Source: Nitrososphaeraceae archaeon
GTDB lineage: Archaea > Thermoproteota > Nitrososphaeria > Nitrososphaerales > Nitrososphaeraceae
Reading direction: 5' to 3'
DNA: 23,067 nucleotides
NCBI GenBank assembly: GCA_035297365.1
Contig: DATGZA010000082.1
Coordinates: forward strand, 1 to 23,067
The notes beneath the pieces were generated by a model, which did not search any database, was not told where the DNA came from, and saw nothing but the letters and a program-made list of their open reading frames with translations. This document shows positions 1-9,416 of the stretch, one piece after another; within the stretch, counting starts at the first letter, position 1, and each line of letters starts with the position of its first letter. The position numbers were made by a program, and so were the translations under genes.

Positions 1-90
1 GTTCTGGTTCAGAGTTTACTGCTGGTTCTGGTTCAGAGTTTACTGCTGGTTCTGGTTCAGAGTTTACTGCTGGTTCTGGTTCAGAGTTTA
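1..90. repeat. 24-bp tandem repeat (GTTCTGGTTCAGAGTTTACTGCTG), at least 3.75 copies, coding PAVNSEPE on the minus strand
   Basis: Identical units start at 1, 25, 49 and 73 (partial); the array may continue beyond the window. Confidence 0.95.
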
Positions 91-484
91 ATAAAGAAAT
101 GAGATTATCAATATTAGATGGTGGTGGGCTTGCTCCAGGACTGGAAAAAGTATTTGGTGGTGGGCTTGCTCCAGGACTAGAAAAAGTATTTGGTGCCAAA
201 GAATTAGTTCCAGTCATGATGGTAGTATTGCTACTACTATTGTTTAGCCCAATTTTTACTTCGTTGATAGTATCTTGAATCACTTTATTCATGCTGTTGC
301 CTATTAGATTCTGAATTTGTTTCTCTATATCACCTGGAATAGGATACGGAGATGGGGAAGGGGAAGGGGAAAGAGACGGAGAAGGTGAAGGAGACGAACC
401 AGTTTCTGACTGTCCATAAATCCCAACTGGCAGTATTATTAAAGATAGAAAAATGGATGAAAAAAGAAATAAATCGAAATACAT
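2..484 (-). CDS. Partial (runs off left edge) secreted/surface Pro/Ser-rich repeat protein
   Basis: Not in the ORF track. Manual translation from ATG 484 gives MYFDLFLFSSIFLSLIILPVGIYGQSETGSSPSPSPSLSPSPSPSPYPIPG...(PNTFSSPGASPP)x2...(NSEPEPAV)n with no stop to the edge. N-terminus is hydrophobic and signal-like. In-frame GTG 517 and TTG 523 are alternative starts. Confidence 0.8.
   Translation of the reverse strand, partial: MYFDLFLFSSIFLSLIILPVGIYGQSETGSSPSPSPSLSPSPSPSPYPIPGDIEKQIQNLIGNSMNKVIQDTINEVKIGLNNSSSNTTIMTGTNSLAPNTFSSPGASPPPNTFSSPGASPPPSNIDNLISLLNSEPEPAVNSEPEPAVNSEPEPAVNSEPE
119..195. repeat. 36-bp tandem repeat x2 coding PNTFSSPGASPP
   Basis: Units 119-154 and 155-190 differ at one synonymous position. 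Confidence 0.9.
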
Positions 485-723
485 CCTAAATATTCTATTA
501 CATAAAATAACTTGCACAATCAAAATTTACTGATATTGTATTAAAGAACAATGTTCAAATCTTGATGTAATATTGTTAAAATATTTTGCTTTTGGACTTT
601 ATAAAAAATATCATAAATTTTACACGGATGAATTTCAGATTTTAAACATAACTATGCAAATTAAATAAATAAAAAATATAATATAGAGATTTAACATGTT
701 TTGTATATCTTCTAAACAAGGAA

Positions 724-1401
724 ATGACGAAAATATCTGTAGATAAAATTTTGGAAAAAATGGAAAGAATACTGGCAAATAGCAATAAGTTGACACGACC
801 TACAGCATTAAAGGAACTACAAATGGAAGAGAAAAATGATCCTTTCAAGATATTGATAGGCACCATCTTATCAGCCCGTTCCAGAGACGAAAATACATCA
901 AAGGTAGTTCATAAATTATTTTTGAAATACAAAGATGCAAAAGAATTGGCAGATGCAGATTTTGATGAATTGAAGTCTATAATCCATAGCATAGGTTTTT
1001 ACAATACAAAGGCCTTGAGGATTAAACAAGTATCGCAGATAATAGTTGAAAAGTATGATGGAAGGGTGCCGAACAGGATAAGTGATCTTTTGGAATTACC
1101 TGGTGTGGGACGAAAGACTGCTAACTGTGTTCTAGTTTATGCCTTTAATGAACCTGCCATACCTGTTGATATCCATGTCCATAGAATTTCAAATCGTATA
1201 GGACTAGTAAACACTAAAAATCCCAAAGATACTGAAGCAGAACTCTCCAAAATAGTCGATAAAAAACACTGGTTGGTACTTAACAATACTTTTGTAATGT
1301 ATGGCCAAAATATTTGCCTCCCCATAAAACCCAGATGTAGGATTTGTGGTTTAACCAATATTTGCAAGTATTATATGTCCAATTTTAAAAAAAATAACTG
1401 A
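724..1401 (+). CDS. nth: Endonuclease III (HhH-GPD DNA glycosylase/AP lyase, 4Fe-4S)
   Basis: HhH motif LPGVGRKTAN, VDIHVHRISNRIG, and C-terminal C-x6-C-x2-C-x5-C FeS loop. Confidence 0.95.
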   Translation: MTKISVDKILEKMERILANSNKLTRPTALKELQMEEKNDPFKILIGTILSARSRDENTSKVVHKLFLKYKDAKELADADFDELKSIIHSIGFYNTKALRIKQVSQIIVEKYDGRVPNRISDLLELPGVGRKTANCVLVYAFNEPAIPVDIHVHRISNRIGLVNTKNPKDTEAELSKIVDKKHWLVLNNTFVMYGQNICLPIKPRCRICGLTNICKYYMSNFKKNN

Positions 1402-1425
1402 AAGGAATTAGCTATTTATCCATTA

Positions 1426-2235
1426 TTATTGTATGGTATCTTCCGTCTCTTTATCCCGTTTCTTGAATTTTAACAAGAAAATCATCACTCCCCCTACTAG
1501 AACTAACATTATTATTGGCAAGAAATACAGCGGAGAATCACGTGGATTGCCATATAAAACATTGAATGAAATAAGTCCATCTACACTGTTTACAGGAGAA
1601 TTGACATCATCTTTTCCATACACAGCTATTGAACCTAAATTAAATCCATCAAGCGAGAGTTTATCTATTACTATTCTTTTGCCGTTAGTTACTGTCAATC
1701 CCTGATTATTTGCATGCCCAATTGTAATTGGTTGTTCAGTTGACCAGCCGTCTGTATCCCTCTCGTGAACTCGTATGTATCCTGATTCGTTTGTATTAAC
1801 AGCCACCCAGAATTTGCTATTTTTTTCGAATAAAGCTAACTCTATGAACTTTTGACTTGGTTTTGGTTCCATCAATTTTATTATTGTTTTTGCCTCACTA
1901 GAATTGGAATAAGTCATATTATTTTCTATATAAAGGATCCAATTGATACCTTTTGGAGCATCGTACGTATAGATAAGTGGGTTCTTTCTATCAGTGTTAG
2001 AAGCATCATATGGTAGGACAAATCTTTCACTATTTTTAGTTTTTAGAACATCAATATCTCCGATATTAGAATGGTATATAGATTTAGATTGGTTTTGTGC
2101 ATATACAGAAGTGCTAGAAAAAAATATCAACAAGAGAACAGACGTAATTAAATAAAGTTTTAGCAAATGTAGATTTCTATTATATATAAAATCAGCTCCA
2201 ATAAAATGCATTTGATCTAATTTTCTTTCTTTCAA
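1426..2235 (-). CDS. Hypothetical membrane-anchored exported protein
   Basis: Signal-like segment ending SVYAQ, beta-rich body, C-terminal TM helix followed by KFKKR. True start is probably downstream of 2235. Confidence 0.7.
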   Translation of the reverse strand: MKERKLDQMHFIGADFIYNRNLHLLKLYLITSVLLLIFFSSTSVYAQNQSKSIYHSNIGDIDVLKTKNSERFVLPYDASNTDRKNPLIYTYDAPKGINWILYIENNMTYSNSSEAKTIIKLMEPKPSQKFIELALFEKNSKFWVAVNTNESGYIRVHERDTDGWSTEQPITIGHANNQGLTVTNGKRIVIDKLSLDGFNLGSIAVYGKDDVNSPVNSVDGLISFNVLYGNPRDSPLYFLPIIMLVLVGGVMIFLLKFKKRDKETEDTIQ

Positions 2236-2338
2236 TATGACGATACTGGTTTTTTAAACTGAAAATGAAACCAATATTTCAGCAAATTTATTTGATTCGT
2301 AGTGGAAATATTTGTGAAGCAATTCCTTTCAATCGAAT

Positions 2339-3508
2339 CTATTTCACAAATGGATCTGGAAATTTCGTAATAACCTCTGCAATCTCTGGACGTAGCAAAT
2401 GTTTTCCTGGGAGATCTCCATCTGTAACCATCTTTCTCATTCTCGTACCGCTAAGCTCTTCTTTATATTCAGGTCCGTGTGGACAGTTCCTTTCATTTGC
2501 ATATCCCAAACACTTTTTACAATAGTAAAACGTAGGAAAGAAAATAGGTTGGATACCAATATCAGGAAATTCTTTGAATATTTCATGAGCAGCAAAAGGA
2601 GGGTAATAATCCCCAACACCGGCATGATCTCGTCCCACAATAAAATGAGAACAACCAAAATTTTTTCTCATAATTGCATGATGTATTGCCTCCTTCGGTC
2701 CAGCATATCTCATTTCGGTATGAAGAGTAACAAACATCACTTTATTTTGTGGGTAATAATTATCAATTAATTTCATGTACGATTCAAATATCACTTCGTC
2801 TCGAAAATCGCCTGTTTTCTTTTTTCCTATTAGAGGATTTATAAACAAACCATCGTATATATTGAGGGCTGCTTTTTGTAACATTTCATGAGCTATATGT
2901 GGAATATTTCGTGTCTGAAAACCTACTACACTATTCCATCCACGTTTTTTAATCTCTGCCCTAGTCACAGATGGTTCTAATCTATAATTTCTCAATTTTG
3001 AATCCAAATTTTTTTTATTTACTTCAATCTTTCCTGATACTAAAAAATCTTTTAATTTAAAAGTTTTAGATACACCCGGATGTTTCTCATCATCTGTTTG
3101 GTAAAGTGACCTTGCCATTTGTAATTTATTGTATCCATAATATTCATCAAAATATAATATTGCAAAATGTTCACTCTTATTTCTTAACGAGATTTCCTTG
3201 TGTTCTTTGAGCTGTACTGCAGTGTCCTTACTTACATCAAGTATTATCGGTATCGTCCATGGTAATCCATTTTTTAGTCTCCCAGATGTTAAAATACTCT
3301 CAAAATCATCTTTTCCAACAAAACCATCCAATGGACTGAAAATACCATCAGCAATATTCTCTATATCATTCCTCAGATCGTCATCAACATCTATGTGATA
3401 CATATCATCAGTCAACTTTTTAGACTCTAGAAATTGATTTACCAGTTTGCCTCCGTGTGGATTGGGAATTCTATCTATAACATCGTAACATTTTGATATT
3501 TCTTTCAT
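2339..3508 (-). CDS. sat: Sulfate adenylyltransferase (ATP sulfurylase)
   Basis: PHGGKL, WTIPI, FQTRNIPHIAHE (HxxH), MRYAGPKEAIHHAIMRKNFGCSHFIVGRDHAGVG, Zn site CKKC...CPH. Confidence 0.97.
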   Translation of the reverse strand: MKEISKCYDVIDRIPNPHGGKLVNQFLESKKLTDDMYHIDVDDDLRNDIENIADGIFSPLDGFVGKDDFESILTSGRLKNGLPWTIPIILDVSKDTAVQLKEHKEISLRNKSEHFAILYFDEYYGYNKLQMARSLYQTDDEKHPGVSKTFKLKDFLVSGKIEVNKKNLDSKLRNYRLEPSVTRAEIKKRGWNSVVGFQTRNIPHIAHEMLQKAALNIYDGLFINPLIGKKKTGDFRDEVIFESYMKLIDNYYPQNKVMFVTLHTEMRYAGPKEAIHHAIMRKNFGCSHFIVGRDHAGVGDYYPPFAAHEIFKEFPDIGIQPIFFPTFYYCKKCLGYANERNCPHGPEYKEELSGTRMRKMVTDGDLPGKHLLRPEIAEVITKFPDPFVK

Positions 3509-3580
3509 TTTTTTTGTCTCTACCTGATTAAATCCATTTTAATATCATCTTTGATGTACATACAATCATAATATCGGATC

Positions 3581-4390
3581 TCATTTCTGGTTACTTGTCT
3601 TATTTTGATCGATATGAAGACCACATTCTTTCTGATCTGGCTGTTCCCACCACCAGCGACCTGACCTAATATCTTCTCCAGGCGCTATTGCTCTTGTACA
3701 TGGTTCACATCCAATGCTTGGATACCCCTTATCATGCAATTTGTTGTAGGGAACATTATTTTCTTTTATATATGTCCAAACCATTTTTTCTGTCCAATCT
3801 GCAAGGGGATTAATTTTTAGTATATTATTATGAGCGATATCGATTTCAACCTTTTCTATATCCAGTCTTGTGACAGATTGTTCTCTTCGTAAACCAGTTA
3901 TCCATCCATCCAGAGATCTCAATGCTCTGTTTAATGGATTAACTTTCCTAATTCCACAGCAAAGTTTTCTATTTTCAATGCTTTCATACATCAGATTAAA
4001 ACCCTTGGTACGAACCATCTCTTCTACTTCAAATGAATCTGGAAAATATGTATCAATAGTAATATCATATTTTTTGGATATTTCATCCATTAAATCATAC
4101 GTTTCTTGATTAAGTCTCCCGGTATCCAGAGTAAAAATTTTAGTTTTATTTTTATTGATTTTGACCATCATATCTATTAATATAACATCTTCCATACCAA
4201 AACTTGAAGCCAGAGCAATTTTCGTTCCGTAATTATCAAAAGACCACTTTAATATCTCTTGGGCAGATTTGCTTTCAAAGTTGGATGCGAGATTTTTTAT
4301 ATTCAATGAATCAATAGAGTGCTCCATGTTTTGAGCCAAGCTTGAATTGTTGGAATTTGCAATAGATGATCCATAACCTGATTCAGACAT
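3581..4390 (-). CDS. cysH: APS/PAPS reductase, thioredoxin-dependent, 4Fe-4S type
   Basis: SSFG, LDTG, CCGIRKVNPL, WITGLRREQS, GYPSIGCEPCT, RSGRWWWE, C-terminal KECGLH. CC plus CxxC indicates the FeS (APS-preferring) class. ATG 4390 preferred over TTG 4438. Confidence 0.95.
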   Translation of the reverse strand: MSESGYGSSIANSNNSSLAQNMEHSIDSLNIKNLASNFESKSAQEILKWSFDNYGTKIALASSFGMEDVILIDMMVKINKNKTKIFTLDTGRLNQETYDLMDEISKKYDITIDTYFPDSFEVEEMVRTKGFNLMYESIENRKLCCGIRKVNPLNRALRSLDGWITGLRREQSVTRLDIEKVEIDIAHNNILKINPLADWTEKMVWTYIKENNVPYNKLHDKGYPSIGCEPCTRAIAPGEDIRSGRWWWEQPDQKECGLHIDQNKTSNQK

Positions 4391-4903
4391 TATAAATAGT
4401 AAAGATATCTTCTTAACTCTATATTTATTTATTCTCAAACCATGTGTATTGCCAAGTTCTTACCTTAAAATATCAATATTAATCTGATTTGATTTGATTG
4501 ATTATCCAGTCATCGTCATAATTTTTGCTAAAATGAGGAAAATTTGATATCTGAGATCTTTTAAAATCTACGTAATTTTACATAATTGAGAGAGATGAAA
4601 CTATAATATATGTTCTCAATTGATTTTCTGGGAACATATTATATCTGGGACAAGACGCCAAATAATGAGGGATCGTCAGATTTATTGTGTATAATATTCA
4701 TAATGGTAAAATCATATGATTTGATGATCTAACTAAATAATTTTGAATAAAGAAATAAAGATACACGTAGAATGGTTCGTGGAATAGTTTTAAGTCAGTA
4801 TTGTACAACTTTCTTTTCTGTAGATTTGGAATGAAAAAATGATAATATGCTTAAAATATCTATATTTTAAATATCATTATATTAAACCATATATTGGATT
4901 ATC

Positions 4904-6337
4904 TTGAATCAAGATTTTTGGCATAATATATTTAGATATAAAGAATATGGTTTTGAACCTCTTAATTGGATTGCTAATTTTTCTAATGAAATTGATCAGG
5001 ACGTATTTGAAAATTCTATAAATAGGATTAAAGGTACAAATGCGAAATTTACACCAGATTGGATTGACTATTTCATTAAATGTGAAGGGAAAGTACCTGA
5101 ATTAACAAGGAGATTCTATGATTTCACAGATTCAGAAGGTTCACAAAGCGAAACTGGAATTAAAAAAGCATTAACAATCATTTGTATGAATAGTGACATT
5201 AGCGAAGATGCAGAAAAAAGATTCGCTCTGTTATATAATTTTATTAGTGGTTTTAAATCTAAATTTAATACAAAAAAAGTAACAGTATTAAGCAATTCAT
5301 CAAAAAAACAGTTTGCATTATTAGATTTTATAGAAACAAGAAGAGGAAATAAAATTGGATACATACTCGCAAATAATTATGTCGCACAAGTTACTGATGT
5401 TATGGATATACCTGAATCAGAAATTCATACTCAGATTACAGTATCAGGTGCCATAGAAAATTTAAACCTTCTAGGGTGTACATCTGAATTTAGAATATTT
5501 CCGATTTATGATGGACCTACAGAAGAGATTCTAGATATTACAAGAAAGAATTTTGATTTATTTACACTCTCAAACAATATCTACATGGAGGATTATCCTT
5601 CTTTGAAAATAGGAAATCTCTTTTTTGGTGCAACATCTACTGCAACTACATTCAAAGAATTGCCCTTGAGATATGAGGATACAGAAGAAGGAATGAATTT
5701 AATAATTACAGACAAATTTGGGTCGATAATACCACTCAATTTATTCTTATTAACACAGATCAATGAAGAAAATATTTCATTGTTTGAAAAGAATGGGATT
5801 TCTTATGAGACCTTGAAACACGCTAAGGATATGATTTTCAAAAACATGGTTCACCCCAGATTTGAGCTGGGGAGGATTATTAACAAATATTGTCCAGATT
5901 TTGGAGGAGAATACGATAAGTCTCAACATATTACTGCAGTATTTCCCATTCTTACAAAAGGATTATTGGCTATAAAACTTCTATCTCAATATACAGATAG
6001 CGAGATAAAGATACAGAAGATTCCGATAAAATATCATGATATCGCTTGCTATGCAGTAAAAGAATATTTTTTGCAAAATCCAACCTCTTCTGTTAATGGT
6101 TGTCATGCAATAATAGCAAGCAGTGAGTTGACAGATTCGATAATTCAAGATTTAAAAAAGATAAATCTCGAACCAGAGGTTATAGGAAGTATTGGTAGGA
6201 AAGGAAAGTCCTTCCTTGATATAAGAGACATCAACTTTGATAAATATTTTCTGCCTAGATCAAAAATGCACAAAAAGTTAAGATCCTTTAGACCAAAGGA
6301 ACCAAATAAAAACATGATGGAGACCAAAAGAAATTAA
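4904..6337 (+). CDS. SelD/PurM(AIR synthase)-like fold protein, archaeal SelD-related sulfur-metabolism family, apparently degenerate
   Basis: Recognised similarity blocks: NNYVAQVTDVMD, GAIENLNLLG, PIYDGP, FFGATSTA, EEGMNLIITDKFG, KYCPDFGGEYDKSQHI, NPTSSVNG. TTG start. Not confirmed by HMM. Confidence 0.65.
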   Translation: MNQDFWHNIFRYKEYGFEPLNWIANFSNEIDQDVFENSINRIKGTNAKFTPDWIDYFIKCEGKVPELTRRFYDFTDSEGSQSETGIKKALTIICMNSDISEDAEKRFALLYNFISGFKSKFNTKKVTVLSNSSKKQFALLDFIETRRGNKIGYILANNYVAQVTDVMDIPESEIHTQITVSGAIENLNLLGCTSEFRIFPIYDGPTEEILDITRKNFDLFTLSNNIYMEDYPSLKIGNLFFGATSTATTFKELPLRYEDTEEGMNLIITDKFGSIIPLNLFLLTQINEENISLFEKNGISYETLKHAKDMIFKNMVHPRFELGRIINKYCPDFGGEYDKSQHITAVFPILTKGLLAIKLLSQYTDSEIKIQKIPIKYHDIACYAVKEYFLQNPTSSVNGCHAIIASSELTDSIIQDLKKINLEPEVIGSIGRKGKSFLDIRDINFDKYFLPRSKMHKKLRSFRPKEPNKNMMETKRN

Positions 6338-6406
6338 AAACTAAATTAGGTAGAATCTTCTTACTAACTTGCCTATTTGTTGTCTGGTATAAAATTAGAT
6401 ATATTT

Positions 6407-7249
6407 TCAATATCTGGATTTACGTCCGGATTTATCCCTAAAAAATTTGCCAAACTCGGGCATTACAGACAATTGTTTTTCATTAAATATTGTTCCGTCG
6501 GTACATACAAGTTTATCACCAATGCAACAGCTGGCACATATTCCTATCCCGCATTTCATATATCTCTCAAGACTGGCCTGAAAGCGAATGGAATAATCCA
6601 AGGATATGGTAAAAATATTTTTCATCATCATCTCAGGACCACAAGTATATATAAAATCAAATTTTTCTTTATTTATTATACACTTTATAGCATCTGTAAC
6701 CTTTCCCTTTATTCCAAAAGTGCCGTCTTCAGTGGTTACAACTATTTTATTGCTTGTTTTTGATACTAGTTGTTTTGCCAAATTGTAAAAAAGAACTTCA
6801 TTTTTTGTTTTTGCCCCAATTATTAAAGTATATTTTATTTTAGAATTGGTTAAAAAATTAGCGAATCGCATTAATGGAACTAAACCCGTTCCACCACCTG
6901 CCAACATTACGTTTTGAGCATTTTTGTTTATACTAAACGAGTTTCCATACGGACCTCTAATCCCTATCACATCATTCAGTTTCTTCATAAATAAAGCAGT
7001 AGAACCTATACCATGTTTTCTAATGGTGACTGCTGCATAACCTAATTTCTTTGCAAACATTACACTCATTGGCAGTTCTTCGATTCTAGGAATCCATACC
7101 ATCAAGAATTGTCCAGGTTTAGCATTATACGAAAGAGGATCTTTGAATATCAGGGTTTTAATCGATGGTGTTTCTTCAATTACTTGCTCTATTACTACGG
7201 TACGAATAATATCAATATCTGTGTGCAATTCCAATAATCTCCTTGACAC
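6407..7249 (-). CDS. pyrK: Dihydroorotate dehydrogenase electron transfer subunit
   Basis: PGQFLMVW, RGPYGN, GGGTGLVP, CGPEMM, ERYMKCGIGICASC...VCTDG (2Fe-2S). Overlaps the pyrD 3' end; TTG 7228 is a plausible alternative start. Confidence 0.95.
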   Translation of the reverse strand: MSRRLLELHTDIDIIRTVVIEQVIEETPSIKTLIFKDPLSYNAKPGQFLMVWIPRIEELPMSVMFAKKLGYAAVTIRKHGIGSTALFMKKLNDVIGIRGPYGNSFSINKNAQNVMLAGGGTGLVPLMRFANFLTNSKIKYTLIIGAKTKNEVLFYNLAKQLVSKTSNKIVVTTEDGTFGIKGKVTDAIKCIINKEKFDFIYTCGPEMMMKNIFTISLDYSIRFQASLERYMKCGIGICASCCIGDKLVCTDGTIFNEKQLSVMPEFGKFFRDKSGRKSRY

Positions 7250-8162
7250 TTTTGTAGCCTTTTTTATTCAAATATCCATTAATTCCTTTAATTATTTTAT
7301 TAATAACACCTAAACCATGATAACCAATAACTGAACCTAATTCTACGGTCGTCGCCCCCGCCAGCATGTATTCTATTACGTCTTCCCAATTCATGATGCC
7401 ACCACAGCCAATCACTGGAATACTTACTTTTTTCGAGATCTCATAAACGCATCTGACACCGATAGGCTTTATAGAGCTCCCAGAAAGGCCTCCAATTTTA
7501 TTACTCAGGATAGGCATCCCCGTCTCAGTATTTATTGTCATTGCCCTTATGGTATTTATTGCAGTAATAGCGTCTGCCCCAGATTCTTCTATTAAATCTG
7601 CAAGCTTTACTACGTCCACATTACCTATTCCAACTTTGATAATTACTGGTTTTTTGGTATTTGCTTTAATAGTTTTAATAATTTTAGTTACCAAAGTAGG
7701 ATCATCCCCAACTTCCATTCCCATTTTGGCTACGTGAGGACATGATAGATTTATTTCGTATCCAAGAATATTGAGTTTATCGAATTTTTTAATCAAATTT
7801 GGGAATTCTGTTGCACTTGAACCCACCAGACTTACAAGTAATGGAACAGTATTATTTGAGATTTCTTCTGAAAATGCATCTGCTCCTGGATTTGATAGAC
7901 CAATCGCATTTAAATAACTCTTCTGGTTAATTGAAACTATTGTAGGGCCTTTATATCCCTCCATAGGAACAACACTTATAGATTTACTAACCACAGCTCC
8001 CAAACCTGATTTATATAATCTATTGAAAATTTCTTGAGAGATTCCTAAAAAACCAGATGCTAATAGCAAAGGATTTCTGAAATGTATTCCTGCAATATCT
8101 ACAGACAAATCATTCGGATCAGAACTCTTTTTAAGATTAGTCAGAGTTGGTTGATATTTCAA
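7212..8162 (-). CDS. pyrD: Dihydroorotate dehydrogenase family 1B catalytic subunit
   Basis: NPLLLASG, NAIGLSNPG, EINLSCPH (catalytic Cys), INTI, GGLSG, IGCGGI; adjacent to pyrK. Confidence 0.96.
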   Translation of the reverse strand: MKYQPTLTNLKKSSDPNDLSVDIAGIHFRNPLLLASGFLGISQEIFNRLYKSGLGAVVSKSISVVPMEGYKGPTIVSINQKSYLNAIGLSNPGADAFSEEISNNTVPLLVSLVGSSATEFPNLIKKFDKLNILGYEINLSCPHVAKMGMEVGDDPTLVTKIIKTIKANTKKPVIIKVGIGNVDVVKLADLIEESGADAITAINTIRAMTINTETGMPILSNKIGGLSGSSIKPIGVRCVYEISKKVSIPVIGCGGIMNWEDVIEYMLAGATTVELGSVIGYHGLGVINKIIKGINGYLNKKGYKSVKEIIGIAHRY

Positions 8163-8552
8163 TAGTATTAGATTAGAATATTTAAATATCTTCTTATTAG
8201 TTGTTCGTTTTCAAATTTTGTTTAAAAATCTTAAAAATAAGATGAAATTACTATTTCATCATATTTATGCATTATAAAATAGATGAATGAATATAATGTA
8301 ATGTAATTTAATAAGGTGTATTTATATTCGGACAAATAGATTTCAAAAAAATATTATGATCCTCTAATAATAGCAAATATATATAATATGTTACTCCATT
8401 TATAGTCTATTATAATTTATATAATTCGATAAATTTGGAAGATCCTACGATATAAAATATTGATCATAATTGCGGCAAACAATTAATTATATTATCTGGA
8501 CCTTTACACGTCGATAACATTTATTATTATTTACTTATATCAATGAAGATGG

Positions 8553-9368
8553 ATGTCACGGCTATTTGATCCTCATATTCATATGTATTCAAGAACTACC
8601 GATGATTATGAAATTATGTCCAAGGCAGGGATTGAAGTTATCGTTCAGCCTTCTTTTTGGTTGGGAAGTCCTAGAACATCTGTTGGTACCTTTATTGATT
8701 ATTGGGAACATATGATATCTTTTGAAACTGCTAGGGCAAAACAATTTGGGATAGAGCATTTTGTTTGTATTTCTGTTAATCCGAAAGAGGCGATACATAG
8801 ACCTCTTGCATCAGATGCATTAAAAGAGATGAAGAAATTTTTGAACAGGGAAAGGGTTGTGGCTATAGGAGAAATTGGGTATAATCTAATTAATGAATTT
8901 GAAGAAGAAATTTTTATTAAACAACTTGAACTGGCATCTTCAAAACATATGCTTGCGATGATTCATTTGCCACATGAGAACAAGAAACAAGGTATGGAAA
9001 GAATGGAAAAGATAACAGAGACCAAAATTAATAATGGCCAATATAATCGAGATCAGATTTTGATAGATCATAATACTGAGGAGACTATTGCAAAGACACT
9101 CGAATTGGGTTTTTGGGCAGGTTTAACTGTATATCCAATTACTAAATTAAATCCAAAAAGAGCAATGGATATCATAAAGAAATATGGTTCTGAACGCATT
9201 ATGGTAAATAGCGCTGCCGATTGGGGAATTTCGGATCCCTTAAGTGTTCCGCTAGTAGCCAGAGAGATGAAAAAAGAAGGATTCAGCTCTAAAGATATAG
9301 AAAATGTTACTTTTTATAATGCCTTCAATTTTTACAAACAATCGGCTAAATTTACTTGGAAACCATAA
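8553..9368 (+). CDS. TatD-family metal-dependent hydrolase, EboB-like subfamily
   Basis: DPHIHMYSRTTDDY, FWLG.PRTSVGTF, NPKEA, AIGEIG, IHLPH, IDHNTEET, NSAADWGISDPL. Confidence 0.88.
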   Translation: MSRLFDPHIHMYSRTTDDYEIMSKAGIEVIVQPSFWLGSPRTSVGTFIDYWEHMISFETARAKQFGIEHFVCISVNPKEAIHRPLASDALKEMKKFLNRERVVAIGEIGYNLINEFEEEIFIKQLELASSKHMLAMIHLPHENKKQGMERMEKITETKINNGQYNRDQILIDHNTEETIAKTLELGFWAGLTVYPITKLNPKRAMDIIKKYGSERIMVNSAADWGISDPLSVPLVAREMKKEGFSSKDIENVTFYNAFNFYKQSAKFTWKP

Positions 9369-9416
9369 TTTGTTTAAAAAGATATTGCCCTAGATTTATG
9401 GGATGGAGATAAATTT

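Noticed and set aside
1-195. CRISPR array
   Set aside because: Repeats are contiguous with no unique spacers, have codon-multiple lengths and lie inside an ORF; no cas genes are present
4904-6337. Selenoprotein or true selD
   Set aside because: No in-frame TGA and no Cys/Sec-x-x-Lys motif; no Sec machinery in the window
7212-7249. pyrD/pyrK overlap as a frameshift or fusion
   Set aside because: Both genes are complete; a short overlap is ordinary translational coupling
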